Source of the DNA: a virus
Taxonomy: Duplodnaviria; Caudoviricetes
IMG/VR virus record: IMGVR_UViG_3300032236_001024
Span: 128,001-192,000 of that record
Reading direction: 5' to 3' (one strand)
DNA: 64,000 nt
The notes under the pieces are model-generated. The model was given only the letters and a program-made list of their open reading frames with translations, had not been told where the DNA came from and did not search any database. Positions within the stretch are counted from its first letter, which is position 1; every line of letters begins with the position of its first letter. The translations under genes and the position numbers were made by a program. Shown here piece by piece: positions 27,825 to 35,849 of the stretch.

Positions 27825-27917
27825 CAGGATACACTTACTGTGGATTCGAACCACTAAGTCTGATTAAAAGTCAGATTGATAACCAATATCAAGTAATTGT
27901 TTGCTGAAGGTATCCTA
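27825..27917 (-). ncRNA. Y-RNA-like unit 2 containing a tRNA-Lys(TTT)-like cloverleaf
   Basis: AGGATAC...GTATCCT closing stem, TTCAGCAA motif, D, anticodon and T arms, no CCA. Confidence 0.65.
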
Positions 27918-27925
27918 AAACTCAA

Positions 27926-28043
27926 CAGACTGACCCCTACTTTCATTTTTTTATAGTGGATTTCATCGAAACATAACCACTTTGATTGCCTGTGGGGCAA
28001 TTACCTAGCTTTTTTGATAGGTTTATGCTGAATAGTCAATCTA
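27926..28043 (-). ncRNA. Y-RNA-like unit 1 upstream of TROVE gene
   Basis: GATTGACT...GGTCAGTC closing stem, TTCAGCA motif, inner hairpins ATTGCC/GGCAAT and GTGG/CCAC. Confidence 0.55.
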
Positions 28044-28060
28044 AATTCTATTAACGTATA

Positions 28061-28294
28061 TTAAAGCATTCTCGACACAGTGTCAACATCAAAAATGCCT
28101 TCAACGAAATTTTCTGCACAATCTTCTGCATAACTTATGCTATGCCTACTAACATCACGAACTTCTACCAAAACATCGTTAACATACAATCTAACATGAT
28201 AACCATTATCTGCTTTGATTATATCAGCACGACGCTTTTCATTATTCAAACTACCTGAACTATAAAAGCTAGACAAAACCATGAGTGACTCCAT
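28061..28294 (-). CDS. small hypothetical phage protein
   Basis: 77 aa ORF, S..YAED.AENFV pattern. Confidence 0.65.
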   Translation of the reverse strand: MESLMVLSSFYSSGSLNNEKRRADIIKADNGYHVRLYVNDVLVEVRDVSRHSISYAEDCAENFVEGIFDVDTVSRML

Positions 28295-28302
28295 GTCGTA
28301 AT

Positions 28303-28386
28303 TGGCGGAGGGTAAAGGAATCGAACCATCAACCTTGCGGTGGCAGAGTTTTCAAGACTCTTTGAGCACCTTGCTCGCTACCCTCC
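28303..28386 (-). tRNA. tRNA-Ser(TGA), copy 1
   Basis: AGAGT-CTTGAAA-ACTCT, long variable arm, G73, CCA. Confidence 0.88.
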
Positions 28387-29553
28387 AATTATTAATTCAG
28401 TGATCATTTCAGCTGTTGCAGGACTTAGCGTCCAACCCAAATGACCATGACCTGTATTATACCATACATTATCTATTGTCCTACACTTTCTAACCACAGG
28501 AAGCATGTTTGGAGTCATAGGACGCAAACCAGCCCAAGGATTAGTGTGTTCTGTAGATATATATGGAAAATTCTTACGCACCCATTTTACTAGTGGATCG
28601 ATTCTGTCCATTCGAATATCATAGTTAATACCAGCAAGTTCTGCCGTACCAGCTACTCGAAGTCTAGAACCCAACCTAGATGTTACAATCTTTGCTTCAT
28701 CATCAAGAAGACTTACCACAGGGGCGTCTTCAATGCCATGACCAACATCAAGAGTAATACTATACCCCTTCACAGGGTAAATGTCAATAGGGTCATGCAA
28801 CTTTTTTGAGAATTCTGCACTATTTACACCAGCACAAAGAACAACATGATCATACAAAGAACGTGATTCTTCAGGATCAGCCTTCATACCATACTCAAAC
28901 TTTACATTGTATTTTGATTTGAGAACTTTTTCCATTTCAACACAGAACTTGTGAATATCGCCATTCATATCAGATGGTGTGAAGGTTCCGCCGATAATGT
29001 CCTTAGAATACTGGAGCGAAGGCTCATAGTGCATCACCTGATTTTTGGTCAGTATGAAACGTTTGATACCAATTTTTTCATAGACCTCATCACAGCTACG
29101 TTTTGCAGCTTCAAAGTACTCTTCGTTTTTATAAAAATGAAGGATACCTTGCTTAGTTAGATTGAAGTTGATCTTTTCCTTTTCTGCAATCTCAAGATAA
29201 TGTTTTCTTGATTCAAGTCCCATTTGTGCGGTAGCAATCGTTCTCTCATTCGCATCACCAGTGAGGCTATGATAAAGAAATTTGCTGATCCACTTGTATT
29301 TTGAAATCGATGGAGTTGGATTAATCAACAAAGGCGCATCCTTCTTGATCATCCATTTCATTCCCTTGATGACATTGGGAACTGTAGTCCATACATCACT
29401 GTTGCTAACTGAAAGCTGACCACCATTTGCATATGAGGTTTTCATAGCTGGGTAGTTCTCTTCGTCAATTACAGTAACATCAACTCCACGCCTAGCTAAA
29501 CTATATGCAGTTGTTATTCCTGTAATACCAGCACCAATAACAAGAATTTTCAT
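28378..29553 (-). CDS. dadA: FAD-dependent D-amino acid dehydrogenase (DadA-like)
   Basis: GAGITG, TSYANGGQLS, YPVKGYS, WAGLRPMTP, NTGHGHLGWT. Confidence 0.88.
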   Translation of the reverse strand: MKILVIGAGITGITTAYSLARRGVDVTVIDEENYPAMKTSYANGGQLSVSNSDVWTTVPNVIKGMKWMIKKDAPLLINPTPSISKYKWISKFLYHSLTGDANERTIATAQMGLESRKHYLEIAEKEKINFNLTKQGILHFYKNEEYFEAAKRSCDEVYEKIGIKRFILTKNQVMHYEPSLQYSKDIIGGTFTPSDMNGDIHKFCVEMEKVLKSKYNVKFEYGMKADPEESRSLYDHVVLCAGVNSAEFSKKLHDPIDIYPVKGYSITLDVGHGIEDAPVVSLLDDEAKIVTSRLGSRLRVAGTAELAGINYDIRMDRIDPLVKWVRKNFPYISTEHTNPWAGLRPMTPNMLPVVRKCRTIDNVWYNTGHGHLGWTLSPATAEMITELIIGG

Positions 29554-29571
29554 TTTACCCTCATATTAAAA

Positions 29572-29645
29572 TGGCACCAGTGGAAGGAGTCGAACCCTCG
29601 CCTGCGGTTTTGGAGACCGCCGTGCTACCGTAACACTTCACTGAT
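29572..29645 (-). tRNA. tRNA-Trp(CCA)
   Basis: GCGGT-CTCCAAA-ACCGC, G73, CCA. Confidence 0.92.
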
Positions 29646-29646
29646 A

Positions 29647-30096
29647 TCAAAATCTCTTAAGAACTACACCAACTTCTATAGCTCCAACAGCTTTAGAATT
29701 ATAGAATGGATCAGGCATCAATCGAACTCTAGCAAAAACATTATCACACTTGATTGATGACTGCAATCCTATCATTGGAGTAACATCATATTTATATCCA
29801 GTGACAACTCCATAATAAGCGCCAGCATGTAAATTCAAACAACCAGATATATTTGCTTTGAAAGGACTCCAATCAACACCAAAATAAGTACTGTTTCTAC
29901 GAATACTATTATGATAGTTTCCAACTTGTGCTCCAAATTCATCCATATCAAGTCTAAGACCAATACCATAATTTTTTTCATTAAAATTATGATTATCTAG
30001 ATGTTTGGAAAATCCATGTCCAACAACAGAAATCTCTTGTGCTTGAACAGAACTAATAGCAATAGAACTCAATAGAGCAATAATTAACTTTTTCAT
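29647..30096 (-). CDS. small outer-membrane beta-barrel, PagP/PagL-like
   Basis: signal peptide, SKH....FNEKNYGIG, Y.NS....STY.G, GVVTGY, C-terminal F. Confidence 0.55.
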   Translation of the reverse strand: MKKLIIALLSSIAISSVQAQEISVVGHGFSKHLDNHNFNEKNYGIGLRLDMDEFGAQVGNYHNSIRRNSTYFGVDWSPFKANISGCLNLHAGAYYGVVTGYKYDVTPMIGLQSSIKCDNVFARVRLMPDPFYNSKAVGAIEVGVVLKRF

Positions 30097-30115
30097 GATG
30101 ATTCCTTTGAATGGT

Positions 30116-30205
30116 TGGCGGGGAGTATAGGATTTGAACCTATGGTAGACTTTCGCCTACGCTTCGTTAGCAATGAAGTGCTTTAGACCACTCAGCCAAC
30201 TCCCC
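30116..30205 (-). tRNA. tRNA-Ser(GCT)
   Basis: CTTCA-TTGCTAA-CGAAG, long variable arm, CCA. Confidence 0.92.
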
Positions 30206-31090
30206 CTTTCTTTTATACATTTCTGAAATGAAAACACTAAGACACATATCGTCTAGACCATATTGACAATCAACATAATCAGATATTTTTGAATCTGGTG
30301 GAATCAATGAAGTAACAGGATCGCCTTCACGCCTACCAGTTTCAATAACTTTGAAATTGATACCAGTCACATTTTTCATCGTATTAATAACATCACGACA
30401 ACTATATTCATTGCCTGATGCAACACATTCATACTCTGTATTCTTTGGATTGTCAACTGCTTTAACAACTGAATCAACCAAATCTGATACATGAATATAA
30501 TCTCTGATACATGTACCATCGACGGTATCATAATCAGTACCAAACAAATGCATGTATGGTCTAATCCCAACCGCAGTCTCTGCAGCAATTCTAATTATGT
30601 GGGTCGCTTTGCCAATTTGACTAAATGATCCATTATTGCCAGCAACATTGAAAAATCTAAAGATGGTGTAATTTGTGTTTTTTTCTTTTGCATGTTCTTT
30701 AATGATACTTTCTGCTAAGAGTTTGGATTGTGCATATGGTGATGATGCAGGATCAAATGCAGCCGCAGTGGATGCAAAAATAAAATTATCTGTTGGAGCA
30801 TGTTTAAGAATGTTCTTTGTTCCAATAATATTGGTATTTACATAATACCAAGGAACACTAACAGACTCACCTACAGCAAGTAGAGCAGCATAATGGATAA
30901 CAACATCATAGTTACCCCAATACATATCATGTCTGATATCACTAATCATATTCTTTCTTACAAATGGTGATATATCATTTGATGAAGGTTTAATGTCAAG
31001 TGAATCAACTACATATCCACATTCAGCTAATCTCTTAATCGTATGTGAACCAATATAGCCATATCCACCTGTCACTAAAACTTTTTTCAT
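30167..31090 (-). CDS. galE: UDP-glucose 4-epimerase
   Basis: GGYGYIGSH, AVGESV, YAQSK, RFFNVAG, DGTCIRDYIHVSDL. Confidence 0.9.
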   Translation of the reverse strand: MKKVLVTGGYGYIGSHTIKRLAECGYVVDSLDIKPSSNDISPFVRKNMISDIRHDMYWGNYDVVIHYAALLAVGESVSVPWYYVNTNIIGTKNILKHAPTDNFIFASTAAAFDPASSPYAQSKLLAESIIKEHAKEKNTNYTIFRFFNVAGNNGSFSQIGKATHIIRIAAETAVGIRPYMHLFGTDYDTVDGTCIRDYIHVSDLVDSVVKAVDNPKNTEYECVASGNEYSCRDVINTMKNVTGINFKVIETGRREGDPVTSLIPPDSKISDYVDCQYGLDDMCLSVFISEMYKRKGELAEWSKALHC

Positions 31091-31109
31091 TACATCCTCA
31101 ATCAAATAG

Positions 31110-31184
31110 TGGAGCGGAGAATGGGGATCGAACCCACGACCAACAGTTTGGAAGACTGTGACTCTACCACTGAGTTACCTCCGC
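31110..31184 (-). tRNA. tRNA-Gly(TCC)
   Basis: ACAGT-CTTCCAA-ACTGT, U73, CCA. Confidence 0.93.
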
Positions 31185-31194
31185 AAATTATAAA

Positions 31195-31758
31195 TTACTT
31201 ACCTCGTTCTTCTTCAACAGCACGAGCATTCAGATGTGCCATAATATTTTCTGGTGAAGATACGCCATAAGGATCATCTTCTGCGTTATCAACGTAACCT
31301 GGCTCTTCAAACCAAGCTTCAATCAAACCATTGTTAACAACCGCAGCATATCGCCAAGAACGACGTCCAAACCCAAGGTTGTACTTGTTCACAAGCATAT
31401 CCATCGCCATAGTAAACTGACCATTACCGTCGGGGATAACCTTTACGTTCTTAATTTCCTGCTGCTTCGCCCATGCATTCATAACAAACGCATCGTTGAC
31501 TGACAAACAATAAATCTCATCGATGCCATGAACTTCCTGAAACTCGTTATACATCTGTTCGAAGCCAGGAAGCTGGAATGTAGAACAAGTAGGAGTGAAA
31601 GCACCAGGAAGCGAGAAAAGAATAACACGCTTCCCAGCAAAATAATCAGCAGTCGTCATATCCTGCCAACGATAAGGGTTTGGTCCCCCAATCGAATCAT
31701 CACGAACACGAGTCTTGAAAATAGTATCAGGAACTCGCTTAACAATCATATCTTTCAT
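31195..31758 (-). CDS. peroxiredoxin (Prx5 type)
   Basis: LPGAFTPTCS, SVNDAFVM.AW, RSWRYA. Confidence 0.93.
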   Translation of the reverse strand: MKDMIVKRVPDTIFKTRVRDDSIGGPNPYRWQDMTTADYFAGKRVILFSLPGAFTPTCSTFQLPGFEQMYNEFQEVHGIDEIYCLSVNDAFVMNAWAKQQEIKNVKVIPDGNGQFTMAMDMLVNKYNLGFGRRSWRYAAVVNNGLIEAWFEEPGYVDNAEDDPYGVSSPENIMAHLNARAVEEERGK

Positions 31759-31779
31759 AACAAAACTCCATATTATATA

Positions 31780-33081
31780 TTACTTATTGATACGGATAAC
31801 GCCATCCTTATCAACCTTGTTTGCAAACTTCTTAGCAGCTTCGTCGCTAACACCTTTAAGCTTCAAAGCAGAAACAACACCATGACCTGTTTTACCTTGT
31901 GTAAGTCCAGCCTGTGCATGACGATCAAACGTATTATCATCTTCGTCACCACCCATAACAGGATAACGTTTACCAGACTTTACATCTTCAACATGAGTTG
32001 GCTTTGGTGTTCCCTTTGCTCTTTTATAAACCATTGCAACTACACCACCTTTATGAAGTGCTGCTGCTGCTTGCTTATCATTTGATTCTGGATGATCAGA
32101 ACCAGTATGTGAAAGAGCAAGATGATAATTCTTTGGAAGATTTGGATGATCTACTCTATTATGCATCTTTGTATAATCATAGAATTGTGCTTCTGAATGG
32201 CGCTTAAATAATTCTGGTGCATGATGTTCCCATGCAAAATCAGAAGTAACATTTAAACGAACTCCAGGCTTATAACCTTCTTTTGTTGCAGACTTAACAT
32301 GCTTACCAACTTCATCATCAAGGATTCTTGCTGCATGTTCTGGGTGCTTGGCAAGAAAATGTGTCTTAAATACTTTACTTGCAAGAGCAGAATCTGGATA
32401 TTGTCTATTACCACCAGCTTCAGTTCCAAGACAATTTGCACGACAATCATGAGAAGCTCTTGGACAAACATCAAATCCATGAAGACCACTTGTAGCATGT
32501 GGTGCAAGTGCAAATCCCATAGTATGAACACCTTCACCTGTAGATTTTCTTGTTTTACCATTTTCGTTAAGAAGCTTAGGTGCTTTCTTGTATCCACGAG
32601 ATTTGGCAAAATCTTCAAAAACTTTTCTTGATTCTTTTAATTTTGCTCTACTTTCAGCAGGAGTTTCACTTGCCATACCACCAAAAGTTTTACGAAATCC
32701 TTCATGTATTTTCTTATGAAGATTTTCACCAACACCAATACCTTCTTCTCTTGCCTTATCGATAAGAGCTTTTGTCTTTGGCATATTCATAGCTTTATGT
32801 GCTACTGCAGGTGGTGCAGATGATGCAGATGATGCAGTTGTAGAAGCTGGTGCTGGAGTAGATGCGCCACTTTTACCAACTAACTTACCGGGTTTATCGC
32901 CACGATTAATATCAAAAAGAGTTGCTTCATCAAGATCAACTTCTTCTGAAAGATTTTTCTTTTTCCCATAAGGATCAGAAGGACCACTTACATGAAAAAG
33001 AAAATCATGTAAAACCTTTGGTACTCCCGGTAGATCACTCTCTGACATAGATTCTGTAAGAAATGCACTGAATGAAAGCAT
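31780..33081 (-). CDS. Gp88-like phage protein with capsid-targeting-like N-terminus
   Basis: MLSFSAFLTE start; CP.AS..C..NCL cysteine motif, VRLNVTSD, QFYDYTK. Confidence 0.65.
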   Translation of the reverse strand: MLSFSAFLTESMSESDLPGVPKVLHDFLFHVSGPSDPYGKKKNLSEEVDLDEATLFDINRGDKPGKLVGKSGASTPAPASTTASSASSAPPAVAHKAMNMPKTKALIDKAREEGIGVGENLHKKIHEGFRKTFGGMASETPAESRAKLKESRKVFEDFAKSRGYKKAPKLLNENGKTRKSTGEGVHTMGFALAPHATSGLHGFDVCPRASHDCRANCLGTEAGGNRQYPDSALASKVFKTHFLAKHPEHAARILDDEVGKHVKSATKEGYKPGVRLNVTSDFAWEHHAPELFKRHSEAQFYDYTKMHNRVDHPNLPKNYHLALSHTGSDHPESNDKQAAAALHKGGVVAMVYKRAKGTPKPTHVEDVKSGKRYPVMGGDEDDNTFDRHAQAGLTQGKTGHGVVSALKLKGVSDEAAKKFANKVDKDGVIRINK

Positions 33082-33113
33082 GTTTGAATTCCTCTAAAAA
33101 TTGATTTATTCTA

Positions 33114-33121
33114 TATTTATA
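33114..33121 (-). promoter_or_regulatory. T4-type late promoter TATAAATA
   Basis: exact octamer upstream of ATG 33081. Confidence 0.75.
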
Positions 33122-33269
33122 TAACTTTCTTATTCAAGATTTTAGAAGGCTTGAACTTTTTACCTATAGAAGGAGCTTTTGGCTCCTTCTTTTCTTTCGG
33201 TTCTTGATTGAACTTTTTATTAAGCTGTTCAACAAACTGATGAAAGGTTACGATCTTTGGCTGGTTCAT
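33117..33269 (-). CDS. small basic protein (50 aa; not in ORF track)
   Basis: AGGAG RBS; MNQPKIVTFHQFVEQLNKKFNQEPKEKKEPKAPSIGKKFKPSKILNKKVI. Confidence 0.65.
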   Translation of the reverse strand: MNQPKIVTFHQFVEQLNKKFNQEPKEKKEPKAPSIGKKFKPSKILNKKVI

Positions 33270-33281
33270 TTCTTACTCCTA

Positions 33282-33755
33282 TTAAGCTGCAAGCAATTCT
33301 TTCATACGATCTGCCGCAATAGAAGCAGCAAACGCATTAGGTTTAACCATTGGAGTGACATTACACATACCACGAATATATCCAATAGCTTCGTTAAGAA
33401 CACATGATGAACCATGCATTTCATCAGGATTGATATCCAGATGAACTTCTACATAACGATCTTCAAGAACTTCTGCCAACTGTAAATACAGTTCTGCAAC
33501 TTTATAAACCTCAGTCATCAGACGCATACGAGGACGATCTTTCCTCGTCATATCGTAATCTCGCTCACGATGAACTGAACCAAAAACCTTACATCCATTT
33601 TTACCGTTGATGTGAACAACAACTGCTAGAGTGTAATCTGCATACCATATGCCCTTGACATTAAGTTTCTCAGAATCAGCACCAATATAAATCTTAGTGT
33701 CTTCTCCTTGTGTAGAAATAAATTCAATAACTTCGTCGATGTTCATATTCTGCAT
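33282..33755 (-). CDS. RNase H-like YkuK/DUF458 family protein
   Basis: IYIGADS, RLMTEV, EVHLDIN, KPNAFAAS.AAD. Confidence 0.8.
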   Translation of the reverse strand: MQNMNIDEVIEFISTQGEDTKIYIGADSEKLNVKGIWYADYTLAVVVHINGKNGCKVFGSVHRERDYDMTRKDRPRMRLMTEVYKVAELYLQLAEVLEDRYVEVHLDINPDEMHGSSCVLNEAIGYIRGMCNVTPMVKPNAFAASIAADRMKELLAA

Positions 33756-33775
33756 ATTACACTCTCCTATGTTAA

Positions 33776-33910
33776 AGCTGGGACTCACGTAAATATAGAG
33801 GCAAGTAAGGAACTCGTACTATATATTTGTCCCGAATGTGTCTGGCATTGCGACTAGTAGTTATGGTAATTACGCACGACTTTATCTCATAACTCTAGTA
33901 TCCAGATCAA
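33776..33910 (-). ncRNA. putative structured 5' leader (two long hairpin domains)
   Basis: CTAG-AGTTATG/CATAACT-ACTAG and GGGAC-AAATATA/TATATTT-GTCCC stems in an intergenic gap. Confidence 0.45.
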
Positions 33911-33916
33911 ACTCTA

Positions 33917-34135
33917 TTACTTAATAATGAAAGAATCTTTCACTATATCAAGATGGTCGAAGTAATATCCAGCCGCCTTCAAGAAGGTTTCGACTTGACC
34001 AACGACAACATCAAGAGGCGCATCAGTACCATCAAACGTAAGAGTATTGAAAGTATTTAATGGATAACCTTCGATGTGCATATTCTCATGCTCTACGCTC
34101 AGAGTGTAAGTTACCTTGTAGTTTTTATCAGTCAT
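33917..34135 (-). CDS. hypothetical protein
   Basis: 72 aa ORF, FL.AAGY.F pattern, AGAGG upstream. Confidence 0.7.
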   Translation of the reverse strand: MTDKNYKVTYTLSVEHENMHIEGYPLNTFNTLTFDGTDAPLDVVVGQVETFLKAAGYYFDHLDIVKDSFIIK

Positions 34136-34280
34136 GATGAACCTCTTTCATTTCTTTGATCACTTCTTTCTTCTTCAACTTATCTCTAAAGTCTTGGACC
34201 GTACAACAGCGACAATATAAAAGCTTATATTTCTTACCACGTAGATTAAAGTTACCAGCGTGAAGATTGCTTTTTGCCAT
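34128..34280 (-). CDS. small Cys-containing hypothetical protein (50 aa; not in ORF track)
   Basis: AAGGA RBS; MAKSNLHAGNFNLRGKKYKLLYCRCCTVQDFRDKLKKKEVIKEMKEVHHD. Confidence 0.65.
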   Translation of the reverse strand: MAKSNLHAGNFNLRGKKYKLLYCRCCTVQDFRDKLKKKEVIKEMKEVHHD

Positions 34281-34295
34281 GTACTATCCTTAAAA

Positions 34296-34369
34296 TGGTG
34301 CCCCCACACAGAATCGAACTGCGAATTGCTCATTACAAGTGAGCTGTTATACCATTTAACTATAGGGGC
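34296..34369 (-). tRNA. tRNA-Thr(TGT)
   Basis: GCTCA-CTTGTAA-TGAGC, CCA. Confidence 0.92.
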
Positions 34370-34428
34370 AAAAACTGTTGTGGGCTAACCGTGGACCCAC
34401 ACGAGTCTATTTAGCGACCAACCTATAT

Positions 34429-34504
34429 TGGCTCCCCCGCTTGGACTCGAACCAAGGACCATTCGATTAACAGTCGAATGCTCTACCAACTGAGCTACAG
34501 GGAA
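34429..34504 (-). tRNA. tRNA-Asn(GTT)
   Basis: TTCGA-CTGTTAA-TCGAA, G73, CCA. Confidence 0.93.
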
Positions 34505-34510
34505 AAATAC

Positions 34511-34759
34511 TTAGTTACAAACTCGACGCTCGATGTAATCACCACGATGTGTACGATCCCATGTAATATAACAATGAGGACGACGAGGCGGAACAACTAC
34601 ATAAGTAGGCTGTTCGACATAAACTGGACGAGGAGGAGGAGCAGTAAGTGCTGAACCTACAATCGCACCAGCAACACCAGCTGTAGCCAATTGCTGTTCT
34701 CTTGCCGTACAGCCAGCTAATGATACAGCAACTGCACCAATAATCAAGAACTTTTTCAT
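34511..34759 (-). CDS. small lipoprotein with glycine zipper and Pro-rich tail
   Basis: lipobox LAGC; GVAGAIVG; PPPRPVYV. Confidence 0.75.
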   Translation of the reverse strand: MKKFLIIGAVAVSLAGCTAREQQLATAGVAGAIVGSALTAPPPRPVYVEQPTYVVVPPRRPHCYITWDRTHRGDYIERRVCN

Positions 34760-34947
34760 TACTTCTTATCCACTACTTCAAGATCAAGACCAGCTGCACG
34801 AAGCCAAGTGTTGAGATTATCCCTCACTTCTTCTACAGGGCGATTTTCCCAATTCATGCTAACAGAAACAATATCGTCATGTGTGTTAGCATCACGAAGA
34901 GTGTAGCTCACGTTGTAGTTGTCTTTTGTCTTACTTGCTTTTGCCAT
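34759..34947 (-). CDS. hypothetical protein
   Basis: 62 aa ORF, GGAG RBS. Confidence 0.65.
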   Translation of the reverse strand: MAKASKTKDNYNVSYTLRDANTHDDIVSVSMNWENRPVEEVRDNLNTWLRAAGLDLEVVDKK

Positions 34948-34983
34948 TTTAAAACTCCATGTTATAAGGGCGAACCGTGTATT

Positions 34984-34991
34984 TATAAATA
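34984..34991 (+). promoter_or_regulatory. T4-type late promoter TATAAATA for the ADP-ribosyltransferase pair
   Basis: exact octamer 37 nt before ATG 35028. Confidence 0.75.
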
Positions 34992-35017
34992 CTACATCAA
35001 ATCAATCTCAATGTCAA
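34989..35017 (-). promoter_or_regulatory. sigma70-type promoter (divergent)
   Basis: TTGACA-N17-TAGTAT. Confidence 0.65.
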
Positions 35018-35027
35018 TAGGGTTATA

Positions 35028-35849
35028 ATGAAAACTTTCAAATTATTTGTCGAAGAAAAAAATAAAGAAATACCTTGTGTGATAATTCATCAGGGCGAAC
35101 ATTCTATTTCTAAAAGCGACATTAAAGAAGCATGGGGTGAGGGTAATGAGTGGGTTCATTCAGAGGCAGATCATAAAAAACATGATAAAGCCTTAGCAAA
35201 AATAAGTAATGATGCCAACTCACATATTGGCAAAACTTCAGGGATAGTTCAAAAAGAAATGGAACAAAGACATTCGTTTTCAAGAGTGTCATTAGATGAA
35301 ATGAATGCTGTTAAAAAATACACAAATCATAGTAGAACTTTAAATGATACTCTTTATAATAGCCATGTAGATAAAAAACCTTTGGATGGCTATTATACTA
35401 ATAAAATAAAAGATTTAGATTCTGCCGTAACACGTTATAAACTACACACACCTTTAACTGTATTTTCTGGTGTAAAATTTCATCCAGAAAAAGAAGCTTC
35501 TAAAACTCCATCAAGACAAGTTCATCTTCCAGCATACACTTCTACATCATTAGATTTACCAGTTGCAAGACAATTTGCTTCAGCCCATACACCTAACCCA
35601 GATGATCATGAAAGCGACAGAACTGAACATCATGTATTAGCAATTCATCTTCCAAAAGGACATCATGGATTGTATATTGGAAAGATGTCAAAGCATCGTG
35701 GAGAAAAAGAATTCCTTTTACCAAGACATACAAGATTAAGAATTAGTAGTAAACCACCAATTATAGCGACTCATCCAACATTAAAAGGTCACACAGTACA
35801 TGTATGGGATGCTCATGTCGTAAGGAGAAATAAAGATGAAAACTTTTAA
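35028..35849 (+). CDS. ADP-ribosyltransferase (VIP2/Alt-like fold), paralogue 1
   Basis: KKYT..S..LN..L, LTVFSG, YTSTS, GEKEFLLPR. Confidence 0.8.
   Translation: MKTFKLFVEEKNKEIPCVIIHQGEHSISKSDIKEAWGEGNEWVHSEADHKKHDKALAKISNDANSHIGKTSGIVQKEMEQRHSFSRVSLDEMNAVKKYTNHSRTLNDTLYNSHVDKKPLDGYYTNKIKDLDSAVTRYKLHTPLTVFSGVKFHPEKEASKTPSRQVHLPAYTSTSLDLPVARQFASAHTPNPDDHESDRTEHHVLAIHLPKGHHGLYIGKMSKHRGEKEFLLPRHTRLRISSKPPIIATHPTLKGHTVHVWDAHVVRRNKDENF

Noticed and set aside
27759-28043. CRISPR array
   Set aside because: Shared sequence is only 7-9 nt, units differ in length and are self-complementary, and no cas genes are present.
34372-34428. HDV-like theta ribozyme after tRNA-Asn
   Set aside because: I could not build the P1/P2 nested pseudoknot; kept only as a low-interest structured spacer.
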